A stretch of DNA of 64,000 nucleotides from Naegleria gruberi (Eukaryota), in NCBI GenBank assembly GCA_000004985.1, contig GG738895.1; one strand, given 5' to 3'. Position numbers and translations under genes: made by a program. The notes under the pieces were generated by a model. It did no database searches. It was given only the letters and a program-made list of their open reading frames with translations, and was not told where the DNA came from. The number at the start of each line of letters is the position of its first letter. The stretch's first letter is position 1. This document shows positions 53,114 to 64,000 of the stretch, piece by piece.

Positions 53114-53665
53114 CTACAGCCAAGTTCTTTCACCCTTAGAAGTCAACAAATTCATTCTATTTCTGTAACCAGTCTCTGGTTTTGGAGGTTTATAAATTGG
53201 TTGAGGAATGCCATTATTGTAGTTGGCACAATTATTGAAAATATTTTTCTTCGTTTTAAATTCGTGGAGGGATTTCATTTGAGCTCTGTATAATTGTTTT
53301 TGAATGGAATTTGGAGAAGTATTCACAGAAGGAGCTTCAACAATCGAATAATTATTTTCCACTCTAATTTTAGGATAATTCATAGAGAAGTCCATTCTAT
53401 CGATCGGTAAATTATTTTCCACATTGTGCACATCCTTTTTCTTATTGAATTGACTTTTTCTTCTTAATCTCCCACATTTCTTCTTTTCTCTATTTTCTTG
53501 ATTCGGATAGATTCTCCAATCTAACCGAGAAAAATACATGGGTGGTTCATCTGGATCAGAATTTAATTTAATTTTAATTTTAATATCGGCGTAAGAAATA
53601 TTTGATGACGGAACAAAGGTGGTTTGTTGTCTAACCTTGCCAGCTCTACTAATGTTGGTTGCCAT
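53114..53665 (-). CDS. Hypothetical basic protein (183 aa)
   Basis: ATG at 53665. Lys/Arg/Asn-rich, no domain recognised. Only about 55 bp from the stop of the upstream same-strand gene. Confidence 0.35.
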   Translation of the reverse strand: MATNISRAGKVRQQTTFVPSSNISYADIKIKIKLNSDPDEPPMYFSRLDWRIYPNQENREKKKCGRLRRKSQFNKKKDVHNVENNLPIDRMDFSMNYPKIRVENNYSIVEAPSVNTSPNSIQKQLYRAQMKSLHEFKTKKNIFNNCANYNNGIPQPIYKPPKPETGYRNRMNLLTSKGERTWL

Positions 53666-53719
53666 TTTTTTTTAAATTTGTTGTAAACTTATGTTTTGGT
53701 AAAAAGCATGGATATTGAA

Positions 53720-55576
53720 CTAGTGCATGCTAGAGGTGAATATAAAATGTCCATTGGCATGGTAGATGAAATTTGAGTGATTTTTCATTTCTTGGAACGA
53801 AACTTGTTGAGTTTGAATGAAATCTGAAGGGAGGAGTATTTTGGAGCATAGTTGAGGAAGAATTGGAGTGAAGAGAGTTTGAATTTGGTTTGGAGTGCGG
53901 AATTTGAAAGCAATCAAATCACAACAGCTAATTAAAATCAAGTCATCGTTCAAGATCTTGAAGGAATAGGTGTAATCCTTCACGTTGAGATATTCGTGGA
54001 CCAGTTGTCCATCATTGAGAGTCTGATGCATAAAGTTTTGAATCTTTAGATAAAGGTGCTGAGATGAGGTTGAATCTTGTTCATTCATCTTCAAGACACC
54101 AATATCTGAAGAGTTCCAATATGACGATCCAATCAAGTCTTTCGAATAATCAAAGAATAATTTTCTGTGCTCTTCAGATGAAAATTCCAATTTTTCAATT
54201 GTTGAGTGTTGAAGGGATTCTAAAGAAAGTGAGGAATCCAGATGAGTTTTGAGGAATATTGGTGGACAACAAGCTACTCTTTCTCTCTTCATATCTATGA
54301 GCATTGAGTTGCATTGTTGGTGAAATGAGCTCATCTCCTTTGAGATGTCAATTGTCTTGAAAATATTGTAAGTATTCTCAATAATTTCTACATTTAGATT
54401 GGTCAAGAGTTTGTTCGAAATCATGTCTCTGTATTCATTGAGAACTTTGAAACAGGTTTCCAGGTTAGAAAGCATATTTTCCATCTCTCTATACATTAAA
54501 GGTTGTGTTCGATTGTCCCTATCAACTACCATTCGTTTAGAATATAATTCTATATTCTCCAGTTGTGCATCTGTTTGCACCATTTGGAATGCAATAGATT
54601 TTACAATGTGGAGAAAATCTCCTTCCTCGCCTGCTGTTTTAAAATCTTGTTCAGAGTTGCTTGATTTCTTGTTTGTGGACCCTGCCTTGAAATGTGATTC
54701 GAACATGTTTTGAATTAATTGAGGTAAATCCACATTTCTTTGCTTTTTTCTAAGCATTTTGTAATTTTGCATTAAATTATCCCATTTAAGGTTTTTCACT
54801 TCAAACCATTTCCTGAATAGCTCCTCATTAAAGTCCTTCTCCAATAATTTCTTTTCTCTAAATTCTCTTTCCCATAAAATACATTGTTTACAAATTTTTG
54901 AATAATCAATTAGTTTCACACTTTCAACTCGTTTTCTAAAATCCAAAGATTTCAAATTTGATTTCATATCGTCATGATACAAATCAGTTAAATCCTCATC
55001 CATACACCCATGAACAATTCCAAAATTATCCAACAGCTCACTAACCAATTCATGATCCTCAACTCCCAAAAACTCAATCAACACAGCTCTTTGTCTAATC
55101 TTTGCCTTGTGAATTCTCATCACTCGTCCAACCATTGACAATATCTGTCTGACACCTCTCACCATCTTTAACACAATATTTCTCTGAACAAAATCCTTCA
55201 CAGGACACTCATATTTTTGTTCATGATATCCATACGTTAATTTAATTTGATTATTGATGGCATCAGCAGTTCCTTTAAAACAATCAATGACAATTCCCTT
55301 CTCACTATCAATGACTATTAAATTCCGATTCTCTTCCAATTTATTCTCCACACAGAAATCGAAACAAACTTTCTGTGAGGGAAGTTTTCTCTTGTAGGCT
55401 GGTGTTGTTTTATTGGTGGTGGTGATTGGAATCCAGTAGATTACATCTCTATCGATAGAATCAGTGGAGCCATGAACAACCCATGGAAGCTTTCTCAACT
55501 CTTCCAGTGTCCAATCATTGGTTGTGAGTGAATCTTCAACTACTGGTCCGATATCATTCAATTGATTTTCCATCAT
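53720..55576 (-). CDS. Hypothetical 618-aa protein
   Basis: First ATG at 55576 (the track starts at TTG 55666). Contains VVHGSTDSIDRDVIYWIP followed by hydrophobic-acidic strands (LIVIDSE, IVIDCF), which loosely recalls a GS...DxD nucleotidyltransferase-type signature, but the spacing is atypical. Function unknown. Confidence 0.4.
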   Translation of the reverse strand: MMENQLNDIGPVVEDSLTTNDWTLEELRKLPWVVHGSTDSIDRDVIYWIPITTTNKTTPAYKRKLPSQKVCFDFCVENKLEENRNLIVIDSEKGIVIDCFKGTADAINNQIKLTYGYHEQKYECPVKDFVQRNIVLKMVRGVRQILSMVGRVMRIHKAKIRQRAVLIEFLGVEDHELVSELLDNFGIVHGCMDEDLTDLYHDDMKSNLKSLDFRKRVESVKLIDYSKICKQCILWEREFREKKLLEKDFNEELFRKWFEVKNLKWDNLMQNYKMLRKKQRNVDLPQLIQNMFESHFKAGSTNKKSSNSEQDFKTAGEEGDFLHIVKSIAFQMVQTDAQLENIELYSKRMVVDRDNRTQPLMYREMENMLSNLETCFKVLNEYRDMISNKLLTNLNVEIIENTYNIFKTIDISKEMSSFHQQCNSMLIDMKRERVACCPPIFLKTHLDSSLSLESLQHSTIEKLEFSSEEHRKLFFDYSKDLIGSSYWNSSDIGVLKMNEQDSTSSQHLYLKIQNFMHQTLNDGQLVHEYLNVKDYTYSFKILNDDLILISCCDLIAFKFRTPNQIQTLFTPILPQLCSKILLPSDFIQTQQVSFQEMKNHSNFIYHANGHFIFTSSMH

Positions 55577-55902
55577 TTTGTTTACCAAAGTGTAATGTGA
55601 TGGTAATTTTTTGTGTTTGGTGAATTTATAAAATTGCACCCAAAGTTCATGCTGAATTTGTTTCAAATTTGCATTTACTTAACAATTTTACAATCAGCAT
55701 TTTGTTATTAAATTAATAATTATAAGAATATTACTCCGAATCATAAATTAATAATAATAGTAAATTTAATTATTAAAAAAAATCATCAAAAATCCCAAAG
55801 AACACATTTTCATCATCTGTTATAATCAAAATAATCAAATTGCAAATATATTAAATTAATAACTTAACGGAATACAAAGTAGTAGCAATATTAGATAAGA
55901 AA

Positions 55903-58818
55903 ATGGGAGCAAAAGTTAAAATTCAAGTAAAAAGCTGTAGAAATTTACCAATCATGGATAGGAGTAGTGGATTAACAGATGCCTATGTTGTTGTTAAATG
56001 TGGTAGTGAATATCAATTTAAAACACCTGTCTGTAGGAAAACTTTAAATCCATCATGGAATATTGACGCTTTTAGATTTGAAGTGCCGAATAATGATTAT
56101 TTACAGGAAAATGTAATTGAATTTAAAATTATTGATTATGATGTAGTTACACAGGATGATGTAATCGGAACAGTTATTGTTGATACTAATTTATTAGCCT
56201 TGAATCAGGTAAATCAATTTAGTGGTTGGTTGCCAATTTTTGACTCATTTAGAGGAGTTTGTGGAGAATTGAATATTCATATCAAGATTGATTTCATTCA
56301 AAATATTAATCCATACCGAGACAGTTGTCCAGAAGTTCAATTCTTTTCATGTCCAAGTATTTATCCACTCATGGAATATACTCAATATTCTATAAGAATT
56401 AGTGATTTTGTTGAGGAATTATTAATCGATGACGATCCAGAATATGATTCGTTCAAGGATTTATTGAGAAGCAGTCGAAGTTCAAACGATCAGAGACAAT
56501 TACTTCTCTATCAATTATCTGGTAGATTAAAAAGAAGAATGGGAAAGAAAGTCCAAGAAGCTAATGACAACATTATATTTGGATATGAGGAATGTTTTGA
56601 TTTGGAAAATGATATTATTATTGTGAGAGGTTTGGGAACTAGATGCAAATTATCAACAAAAAGACTAGTTGAAGAAATTCCACAAATAGCTCTACCAGGC
56701 ACACCTCCAATGAATATCATTCCACTCACTGATTTTGCATCTTCGCCACTGGCTGCTGCTTCTGTTGATTCTCCAACCAATACATTCAATGGACAAAGTG
56801 ATGTGAAATTAATTACCATCAAGACACTTGACTCACAACATATCAAATACATGGCAGGTATTGTTCAAGCAAGATCTGTCAAATTACTCTCACCAGATAT
56901 GAAACTAAGTGATATGCAAAAAGAAAGAGACGGATGGTGGAATGAATTAAGAGCAGAAATCAAGGAAAATGCCAGATCACTCGGTTGTACTCATGTGATT
57001 GGCTATTCTGAACAATATGAATTATTTTCCAAGGGATCAGTTTGTATCCTTTGTGCAGAAGGAACAGCAGCTGTGCTCAATCCTCAATTTGAGAATTACA
57101 ATATTAGAAACTTGTCTGATGATCAAGAAGAAAAGGAAGTTGACAAGCATATTGAAGATAGATACTGTAGAATGTTCCACCTTCCTAAGAATAGTCCATT
57201 CTTTAGAGCTGGTGCTTCTGTGTGTCCATTACGTGGTGATGGTTATGTTCCAAATATGTTTATTTCAACTTGTGAAATTCCAAACATTATAGAACAAAGA
57301 TTTTCATTACAACAAAAGCACTTTATTGAAGCCAGAATTTGTAGAACCAAGAAGAAGAAATTTGGAGAAAGCAATGCTTATAGTATTAGTAATGTTCTAC
57401 CTTTCGTGGTTCACGATCTTCACAAGCAATTTGTGCACAAAATGAATTTGTGTCACTGTAATGCTGCTTTCAGTGTTTCCTATAATCTTGCTATTAATGA
57501 CAATTTCATTATTTTAACATGTAGAGGAACTGGTCTGTGCATTGATGCCCTCCCAAGAAATGAAAAGATGAGCTTTATTCTCCCAGATGAGAAAGACAAT
57601 ACTGACCAAATAAGACTCTTGACAGATTATAGTGATTACTATGTAAGTTGAATATTATACCAGTGTATCTAATTTTCAAAGTCTATATTATTGGACAATT
57701 CTATTGAAGAAAGACATGAAGAAGCCGAAACTGAAGAAAATGTAGATTCTCCAAGAGGAAAGGATTTGAATGATAGTATATCTTCTGGTTCTGAAAATGA
57801 GGAACTTATTGAAAGTGGAAGTGCTGGATTTGCTCTTGAAATGGCAGATGAACAGGATGAAGATTTCATCAACTCACTTGTGGAACCTCTTTTACCTTGT
57901 GGAATTCATTTTACAACATTGAAACATATTTCAGAACTTGCATCCAAATCAATGTCTCATCTTCAGTACATCTTCTTAGAAAAGTCATTCCCTCTCAAGA
58001 CTGATAATGTTAAAAAGCAACAACAGTACATTGCTTCACTTTTCAGAGAGTTGTACATTACCCTGTCTTTCAAATTATTACTGCTTTCCAATGAAGAATT
58101 GAATCAAAGTGTTTATGTGATGGGTATTTCTGAAAAACTCAGATTGGAAGATTCAAACGATTTGATTATTACCTTGCAAGCTATGCCAGCTTTGGTCACT
58201 TCACACCAACTCAAAGCCAATCCACAACTTGAACAAATGAAGGCCAATCTACCACAACTCCTTCCACCACTACCACACCCACAGTCCATTACCACTAATA
58301 TTGATATTGGAAGTCCAAGAAAGAGAGACACTTCACCACTCAATAGAGGCACTTCACAAAATCTCACTTCAAGCTTTGAAACTCCTGAAATGCTTTTCAA
58401 TATGGATATTGACCAAAAATCAGAAACACCTTCGGTAATACCTGAAGAACGTGATATCGATAAGGAATGGATGGAAGAGCAGTATGTTGTCATTACACCA
58501 ATGTACTTTATTCCTGGAGCCAAAATTGAAAAGGTAGTCGGTGCTATTACACAACACCTTGTTAGAGAGTCCACCAATGTAGTCCAATTCAGTTCCTTCC
58601 AACAGGAATGCATCATGGAAGCAACTTCCATCATTAGAGCACACACTAAGGCCATCGACTGCAATGCCCTCATTAATTATTCTGTCAAATTCCATGCTGT
58701 GTTAGATAATCCATCTAAGAAGCAAGCTTACATCATGCTGACAATTTCTGGTGATGCTTGTAAGGTTTCCTACTCTTCCTCCTCAGGCCTTCAAAGATTA
58801 ACAGAATTATCCAAATAA
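55903..58818 (+). CDS. C2-domain protein (C2CD5-like architecture), two exons (55903-57642 and 57682-58818; 39-nt intron GTAAGT...CAAAG)
   Basis: N-terminal C2 domain (KVKIQVKSCRNLPIMDRSSGLTDAYVVVKCG...TLNPSWN...FEV...IEFKIIDYDV..DDVIGTV). Exon 1 ends ...DYY with a GTAAGT donor; exon 2 begins in frame SILLDNSIEERHEE. The C-terminal region (VITPMYFIPGAKIEKVVGAITQHLV...; also GCTHVIGYSEQ in exon 1) resembles YbjQ/DUF74-like modules. Confidence 0.6.
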
Positions 58819-58990
58819 TAATATTATCATAATACTGTATAGACCATTCCCACAAATTATCCAAAGTGTGCGCCTCAGAGAACTCTCCAAGAATATATAG
58901 AGATAGGTGCTGCACTGTGCAAAACACGGAACAATTTATTTGCCTCCACAACGTTCATGAAAAACAAATAAAAACGCACAAACACAATCA

Positions 58991-60058
58991 ATGAACAGTC
59001 ATCATCATCATAATCACCAACACAAACCATTTAATGGTGCAATATTAATCTTCTTCATCACCACATTGTTCAGCTTAATAGCATTCGGATACTGTTCAAC
59101 CTTAATAGAAAACTCAGCAAGGGATGTAAACATTGCCTCGGCAATATCCATTGATGTAAAGAAGGAAACACGGGACAAGTTATATGGAAAGAATCACATC
59201 CTCTACATTGCCTCATTCAATGTGAGTTCCAACAACAATGATCAGGTAACAGTGACTACATCCTTGATATCCACCAATGGAGACACTTCACTTCCGATCC
59301 AAATTGAAGTTTGGCAAATTGATGATACCTATGGCTACATTTCCAACATTACACTGGTGTCAACAATGAAGGAACAAATTCTGCTCGAATATAACGGAAA
59401 ATCAGTTCAGCAATATTATGTGAGAGTGAGATCGTTCTATGTGAAATCGACTTCCTTTGGAGAATTTTCAATCTCTTTCACAATGGAAAAGAAATTAGAT
59501 TATGGATTGATTTTTGGATTGGCAATTGGTATTCCATGTGGAATTTTATTACTTTTTATTGTGTTGGGAGCTGTTGGACATGTTAAAATTCAGAAAATGA
59601 GATTGGAAAATTATGATAGGGAACGTCAAGCTAGTGCACCAAAAAACGTAAAACTCAAACCAAATGTCAAAAGTAATTTTGAACAACCTGAATATGAAGT
59701 TGAACCTTTACCAATTTTATCAAATTTACCTCAATTTCCAAAAGTTAAAGAAGAACCACCAAAACATCAAACAATTTCCTCAGAGGATCTCATTAAATTT
59801 GAAGGACAATCCATGGTCGGAGATGAAGCAATTTCTGAAATTTCAGTGGTTGATGAAGAAGATGTCAGAGTTTCCATGCCTAGAGTTCCCCTTCCTAAAT
59901 ATATTGAACCACGAGATGCTGTTTCAGATAAGATTCCTCAAGTAGAACCAACTCCATCTTCCACTCCTCCACCTTGTGTCGAAAGTGAAATTCAACCAGT
60001 TCCTTCTGAAGACGAAGTGAATTTTGATATTTCAGTTCCACTTCCAGATAAAATTTAG
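58991..60058 (+). CDS. Hypothetical type I membrane protein (His-rich N-terminus, signal/anchor, extracellular domain, single TM, Pro/Glu-rich cytoplasmic tail)
   Basis: ATG at 58991. Hydrophobic helices at aa 17-37 and 170-195. Tail rich in P/E/K/V. Confidence 0.5.
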   Translation: MNSHHHHNHQHKPFNGAILIFFITTLFSLIAFGYCSTLIENSARDVNIASAISIDVKKETRDKLYGKNHILYIASFNVSSNNNDQVTVTTSLISTNGDTSLPIQIEVWQIDDTYGYISNITLVSTMKEQILLEYNGKSVQQYYVRVRSFYVKSTSFGEFSISFTMEKKLDYGLIFGLAIGIPCGILLLFIVLGAVGHVKIQKMRLENYDRERQASAPKNVKLKPNVKSNFEQPEYEVEPLPILSNLPQFPKVKEEPPKHQTISSEDLIKFEGQSMVGDEAISEISVVDEEDVRVSMPRVPLPKYIEPRDAVSDKIPQVEPTPSSTPPPCVESEIQPVPSEDEVNFDISVPLPDKI

Positions 60059-60082
60059 TGAGATTTGTAAATTTAAATTGAG

Positions 60083-61908
60083 CTAATTGAGTTTCTTTAA
60101 TTTCAAATAAATATCCCTGCTTGGTTTCATTGTCACATCGGCTACTTCTCCAATTTCTCCCTCAGTTGCACATTCCAATTCAAAACTAGTGATTACTTGA
60201 TGTAAGATGCTTAATATTTCAATTTCTGCAAATCTCTTTCCAATGCATTGTCTCTTACCAGCAGAGAATGGACAAAAGATAAATTTGTTTTCCTTTAACA
60301 TGTCAATAACCTCTGGTCTGTCAAAACGTTCAGGAACAAATTCCATTGAATCATTTCCCCAATAATCTGGATCAGTTTGTGAAATGCAAAACTTCATTTC
60401 TATAGTGACTCCTTTTGGAACCATTTTACCAGCAATTTCAACTTTTTGCATGGAAAATCTGCTATTGGTTGGAGCAGGTCCTTTCAATCTCAAAGTTTCA
60501 GAGACAACATTTCTGGCATATGTCAACTTGTCCATATCCATATAAAGTGAAAAATCAATTCCTGATTCTCCAACTTGTTCTCTAAATTCATTTCTGAGTT
60601 TTTCTTGTCTTTCTTTATCCTTTGATAAAAGATAAAACATCCAAATTTGTACATTTTGTGACGTATCCCAACCTGCTAGCAAAAAGGCATGAGAATTGGC
60701 TAAATAATTCCATTAGAAAATTGACAATTTCCTCAATAACTTACCAACAATTTCATCCTTTGTGAATCCATATTTCGTATAAGTGTCATCAGTTTGTCTA
60801 TCATCCTCTCTCTTTGAAAGTAACATTTGTGAAATCAAATTGCTCTTGAAAATTTCACCGCTTTCACTTTCCAATTTAATTTCATTTTCTCTTTTCTCAA
60901 CAATGTTAAACAAGATATTTGGCCATTCCTTGAAAACCATCTTGTACTTTTCTGGGAAGAAGATTTTAGTGAATGCCTCAATGTGTTTCCTCTTGAATAA
61001 TAATCCAGCAGATAGTACTTGAAAGATTGTTTTTGTAATGAGTGGCATTCTTTCATTTTCATTTCCAATTGCATCCAAATCTGCCATTCCAAATCCAGCT
61101 CTTCCAATAACATCCTATTATCATTTCGAATATTTTTAAATAATGGTCAACTCTGTTTTTCATTGTAAACTTGAAAACTTACAATGGCGACTCTATTAAT
61201 CCAATTATTAATAATGATAGTATCACTTTTATCCCTATTCTCCCACATCTTCTCAACCAATCTCTTGGCAATATATGAAATATGATCTCTCAATACAAGT
61301 GACAGAACTTCATCAGAGAAACTTGGCTTGGTCAATTGACGATGTCTCTTCCATCCATCTCCATAATCAGTAAATAAATTCTTTACATGATGAGGAATAT
61401 TCATATTATTAAACAATGGATGTTTACGGAAATATTTATCTTTTGTAACCAAAATCTCTTTATAATTATCAGGATGACTATTCTCAAACGAAAATTATCA
61501 AATTTTGTGCAAAATTGTAAAATATATGAAATTATTTTCCTCCTTGACTCATTCCACAATCAAAAACACTTACACTGCAAAACAAACAGTATTAGTTCCA
61601 ATAGTAATTCTCCAAATATTTTCCTTTCCAAACTTTTTAGCATTCCTAGCTTGTAAACGAGGTGAAAATAAAAAGTCCTGCTCTGGATTGAATAATCGGA
61701 GGGTAAAGTAAGAGTAGAATGAATAGCCAGGGATGTGTTTTACTCGTTGAATTTCTTTAAAGTGTTGGTAATAGGCATAGAGATGATAGATCACAAATAA
61801 TATTAAAAGTACATAAATAAAATTCCATAACCACGCATGAGATGAAGCAGTAGTGTGGTTGATGTTAGACAGTAAACCATCAATTGTGTTGTGCTGGCTT
61901 ATGGACAT
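60083..61908 (-). CDS. Cytochrome P450 monooxygenase, four exons: 61574-61908, 61183-61477, 60745-61114, 60083-60675
   Basis: Exon 1: N-terminal membrane anchor plus Pro hinge (KHIPGYSF) and FGKENIWRITIGTNTV. Exon 3/4 junction gives I-helix ...DEIVAGWDTS. Exon 4 carries ExxR (ETLRL), FVPERF and the heme loop FCPFSAGKRQCIGKRFA. Introns 61478-61573 (GTAAGT...AATAG), 61115-61182 (GTAAGT...AATAG) and 60676-60744 (GTAAGT...GCTAG). Summed CDS is 1593 nt (530 aa). Confidence 0.8.
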
Positions 61909-62134
61909 TTTTTATGACTGTTTGAATTTAAAGGTCGGTGGCATTGGAAACATGCAAGTTTAATAAAGAAAATAATTGATTGTCCTATAGAAAAACATGT
62001 CCCCTCTCCTCTGATTGCCCTCTTTCAAGCCACTTTCCAACAAAATTCTTCACCAATAAATAATTCTTCACAAGTGCAAAATCAATTTTTCTTCAAAAAT
62101 TCGTTTTCAAAATTAAAAATAAAATTGAAAAAAA

Positions 62135-64000
62135 ATGTTGAACAATAATAATGGAGAGGGTGATAGTTCCATGCCTAATGTAACATCATCATCATCGGAT
62201 TCGAGAGCTGATATGATGATGACACAGGAGGATGAAGGTGTTGATATTGGAGAAATTGCAAAGAAATTTAATCCAGCACAGGATGGTGATGTAGAAATGG
62301 GAGAAGCCTCTTCGTCATCTTCCGATGGTGATGAAGTTGTAAAGAGATTTGAAGTTTATTTATCACATAAATTGTCTGATAAACTTTACTTGCTACAATA
62401 TCCACTTCGTCCAAAGAATAATAATTATAATTTTCAACAATTGAAGGAAGTTAGATTTAAACCGAATCACAACAAGATGGAAATGGATTTTGAAGTGAAT
62501 ACAAGAAGCGAACATTATAATACAGATTCTGGTCAAGAATATTCTACATTTTCCCTTTCATCAACTAGTGTTCCTGTCAAGGCAAATTATGCTGTTGGTA
62601 TTCTTAGAGGAAATCAATTGCATCTTACTCCTTTGTGGAACATGTTACAATTACGTCCTGGTTTCCAACATATTAATGATGGTTATTCAACTGGAAAGAG
62701 TAAAGTTGTAAGAAAAAAGAAGGGAGAAGAAGGAGAGGAAAATGGTGATAAAAAGAATGAAGCTGTACCAAATGCTTCTCAAGGAGGTGGTATGAACTTT
62801 AGATTACAATCGGATAGAAAGGCATTGGAAAGATCATATCAATTTATGAAGGATCAAGAAAATAATGAAAAATCCATTAACTTGGCTCTCTATTCACCTC
62901 AAGACTCTAGACAACATATTGAATCACTCTTTGAACAAAGAGATGATCCTGTTAGATTTAATGTACCACCAACTGCCTATCTTAAACAATTGGTTCAATA
63001 TAGAGAAGAAGATCAATCAGCTATGGCTCAAGGTTCTTTGGGAGCAATCAAGAAAATCAAATTGGGAGAAAGACAAGTTTACTATGCCTTGTATCTTGCT
63101 AAAATTCTTCCATTCTCAAAGATTAGAGAGCTTTCAACACGTATAAAGAGTGATGAAGAAATGCTCAATGCTCTCCAGCGATATGGTGTATTTGTGGATG
63201 GTAGATGGGTTCTCAAATCAGAATTCAATGAAAAGATTATCAAATTGAAAGACTTGGATAAGAATCCTTGGACTTGTCTTAAATATCCAAAAACAGCAGC
63301 CTTTAGAGAATATTTACTTTACCTCTTCCAAACAGAAAAGAAAGTTATCAGAAAAAAGTTTGTTGAAAAGACTGGCATTGAAGCTGATAGGGCCAAACAA
63401 TTACTCGAAGAAGTTGCTGTATTAAAGAAGGTATCTCAAGACGCAGATGAAGATGATGAATTGGCTGCCTACTGGGTTCTTAAATATGACGTGGATCAAG
63501 AATTCATTGACGAGTTTAGATCATTTGCTGGTTTGACAGTCAAGCAAATGTGGACAAAGAGAGAATTGGAAATTAATAACTTGACTAATTCTAACTTTAG
63601 AGATTTATCAATTCTCTTACATGATGTTCCAAAATCAAATGCAAGAGGTGTGGGAGGTGCTACACCAAACAGATTTGTTGCTTCTGTGGAAAGTGAATTG
63701 AAATTGTTCATTACCAATACCCTTCTTGAAAATGGTGTCTGTAGTGATGTCTTACTCAAGAAGAAGAAGAATGAAAACCCATCTAAGTACATTAATAATG
63801 CTAAGGAAGAAGATTTCTTAAAAATTTTGGATGAAGTTTCTATTGAATTTAATAATGCTAGAATTATGAAGTACAGATCTGATTACTCAGAGAAGGAAAA
63901 CAAATATAGAGAGGCCATTGTAAAGGCATTTAAAGAGAACAAATATTGTCTTTCAAAGCCAAACGTTAAGGAGGTCATTAAGAATGCTTTCAATGAAGAT
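62135..64000 (+). CDS. RPC5: DNA-directed RNA polymerase III subunit RPC5 (Rpc37/POLR3E-like), 5' part; the gene runs off the window end
   Basis: ATG at 62135, open to position 64000 (622 codons, absent from the ORF track because no stop lies within the window). Contains the RPC5 hallmark ...VYLSHKLSDKLYLLQYPLRP... and the downstream LHLTPLWNMLQLRPGF motif colinear with POLR3E (LYLFQYPVRP...LHLTPLHGILQLRPSF). Confidence 0.65.
   Translation, partial: MLNNNNGEGDSSMPNVTSSSSDSRADMMMTQEDEGVDIGEIAKKFNPAQDGDVEMGEASSSSSDGDEVVKRFEVYLSHKLSDKLYLLQYPLRPKNNNYNFQQLKEVRFKPNHNKMEMDFEVNTRSEHYNTDSGQEYSTFSLSSTSVPVKANYAVGILRGNQLHLTPLWNMLQLRPGFQHINDGYSTGKSKVVRKKKGEEGEENGDKKNEAVPNASQGGGMNFRLQSDRKALERSYQFMKDQENNEKSINLALYSPQDSRQHIESLFEQRDDPVRFNVPPTAYLKQLVQYREEDQSAMAQGSLGAIKKIKLGERQVYYALYLAKILPFSKIRELSTRIKSDEEMLNALQRYGVFVDGRWVLKSEFNEKIIKLKDLDKNPWTCLKYPKTAAFREYLLYLFQTEKKVIRKKFVEKTGIEADRAKQLLEEVAVLKKVSQDADEDDELAAYWVLKYDVDQEFIDEFRSFAGLTVKQMWTKRELEINNLTNSNFRDLSILLHDVPKSNARGVGGATPNRFVASVESELKLFITNTLLENGVCSDVLLKKKKNENPSKYINNAKEEDFLKILDEVSIEFNNARIMKYRSDYSEKENKYREAIVKAFKENKYCLSKPNVKEVIKNAFNED

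Noticed and set aside
1-64000. Prokaryotic interpretation (operons / defence island / CRISPR)
   Set aside because: Spliceosomal introns with GTAAGT donors restore conserved reading frames in at least eight genes. tRNAs have eukaryotic structure with Pol III oligo-T terminators. A 5S rRNA gene, RPB9, RPC5, RPL28e and MVP are present, and there are no Shine-Dalgarno or operon-like arrangements. The 72-bp repeat array is in-frame coding LRR sequence without unique spacers, so it is not a CRISPR.

Overview
The window is nuclear DNA from an AT-rich (roughly one-third GC) unicellular eukaryote, not a prokaryote. Evidence for this: five cloverleaf tRNA genes and a 5S rRNA gene, each followed by a T-run RNA polymerase III terminator; multiple short spliceosomal introns of 39-96 nt with GTAAGT/GTATGT donors and mostly TAG/CAG acceptors; and typical eukaryotic genes (RPB9, RPL28e, RPC5, major vault protein, sphingolipid delta4-desaturase, cytochrome P450, a Ser/Thr kinase, F-box proteins). 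The gene content (F-box/RNI-type LRR family, F-box fused to Ras-like GTPases, vault protein, 7TM-RGS receptor, several bacterial-type intronless enzymes) suggests a free-living amoeboid protist, heterolobosean- or amoebozoan-like. I cannot name the organism. The supplied ORF track uses TTG/GTG/CTG as starts, so I re-derived ATG starts and splice junctions by hand; hand-derived coordinates may be off by 1 nt in places. Notable observations: (1) two paralogous, motif-degenerate, single-RecA-domain eIF4A-like proteins; (2) two F-box/small-GTPase fusion paralogs; (3) a cluster of three F-box/LRR genes, one carrying about 15 near-identical 72-bp tandem repeats; (4) bacterial-type intronless secreted enzymes (SppA, heparinase II/III-like lyase, dienelactone hydrolase, sedolisin) among intron-containing native genes; (5) a decayed P450 relic with frameshifts next to an intact 4-exon P450 elsewhere in the window; (6) a large secreted/membrane gene with three homologous domains, an apparent frameshift and an atypically long, motif-rich spacer.
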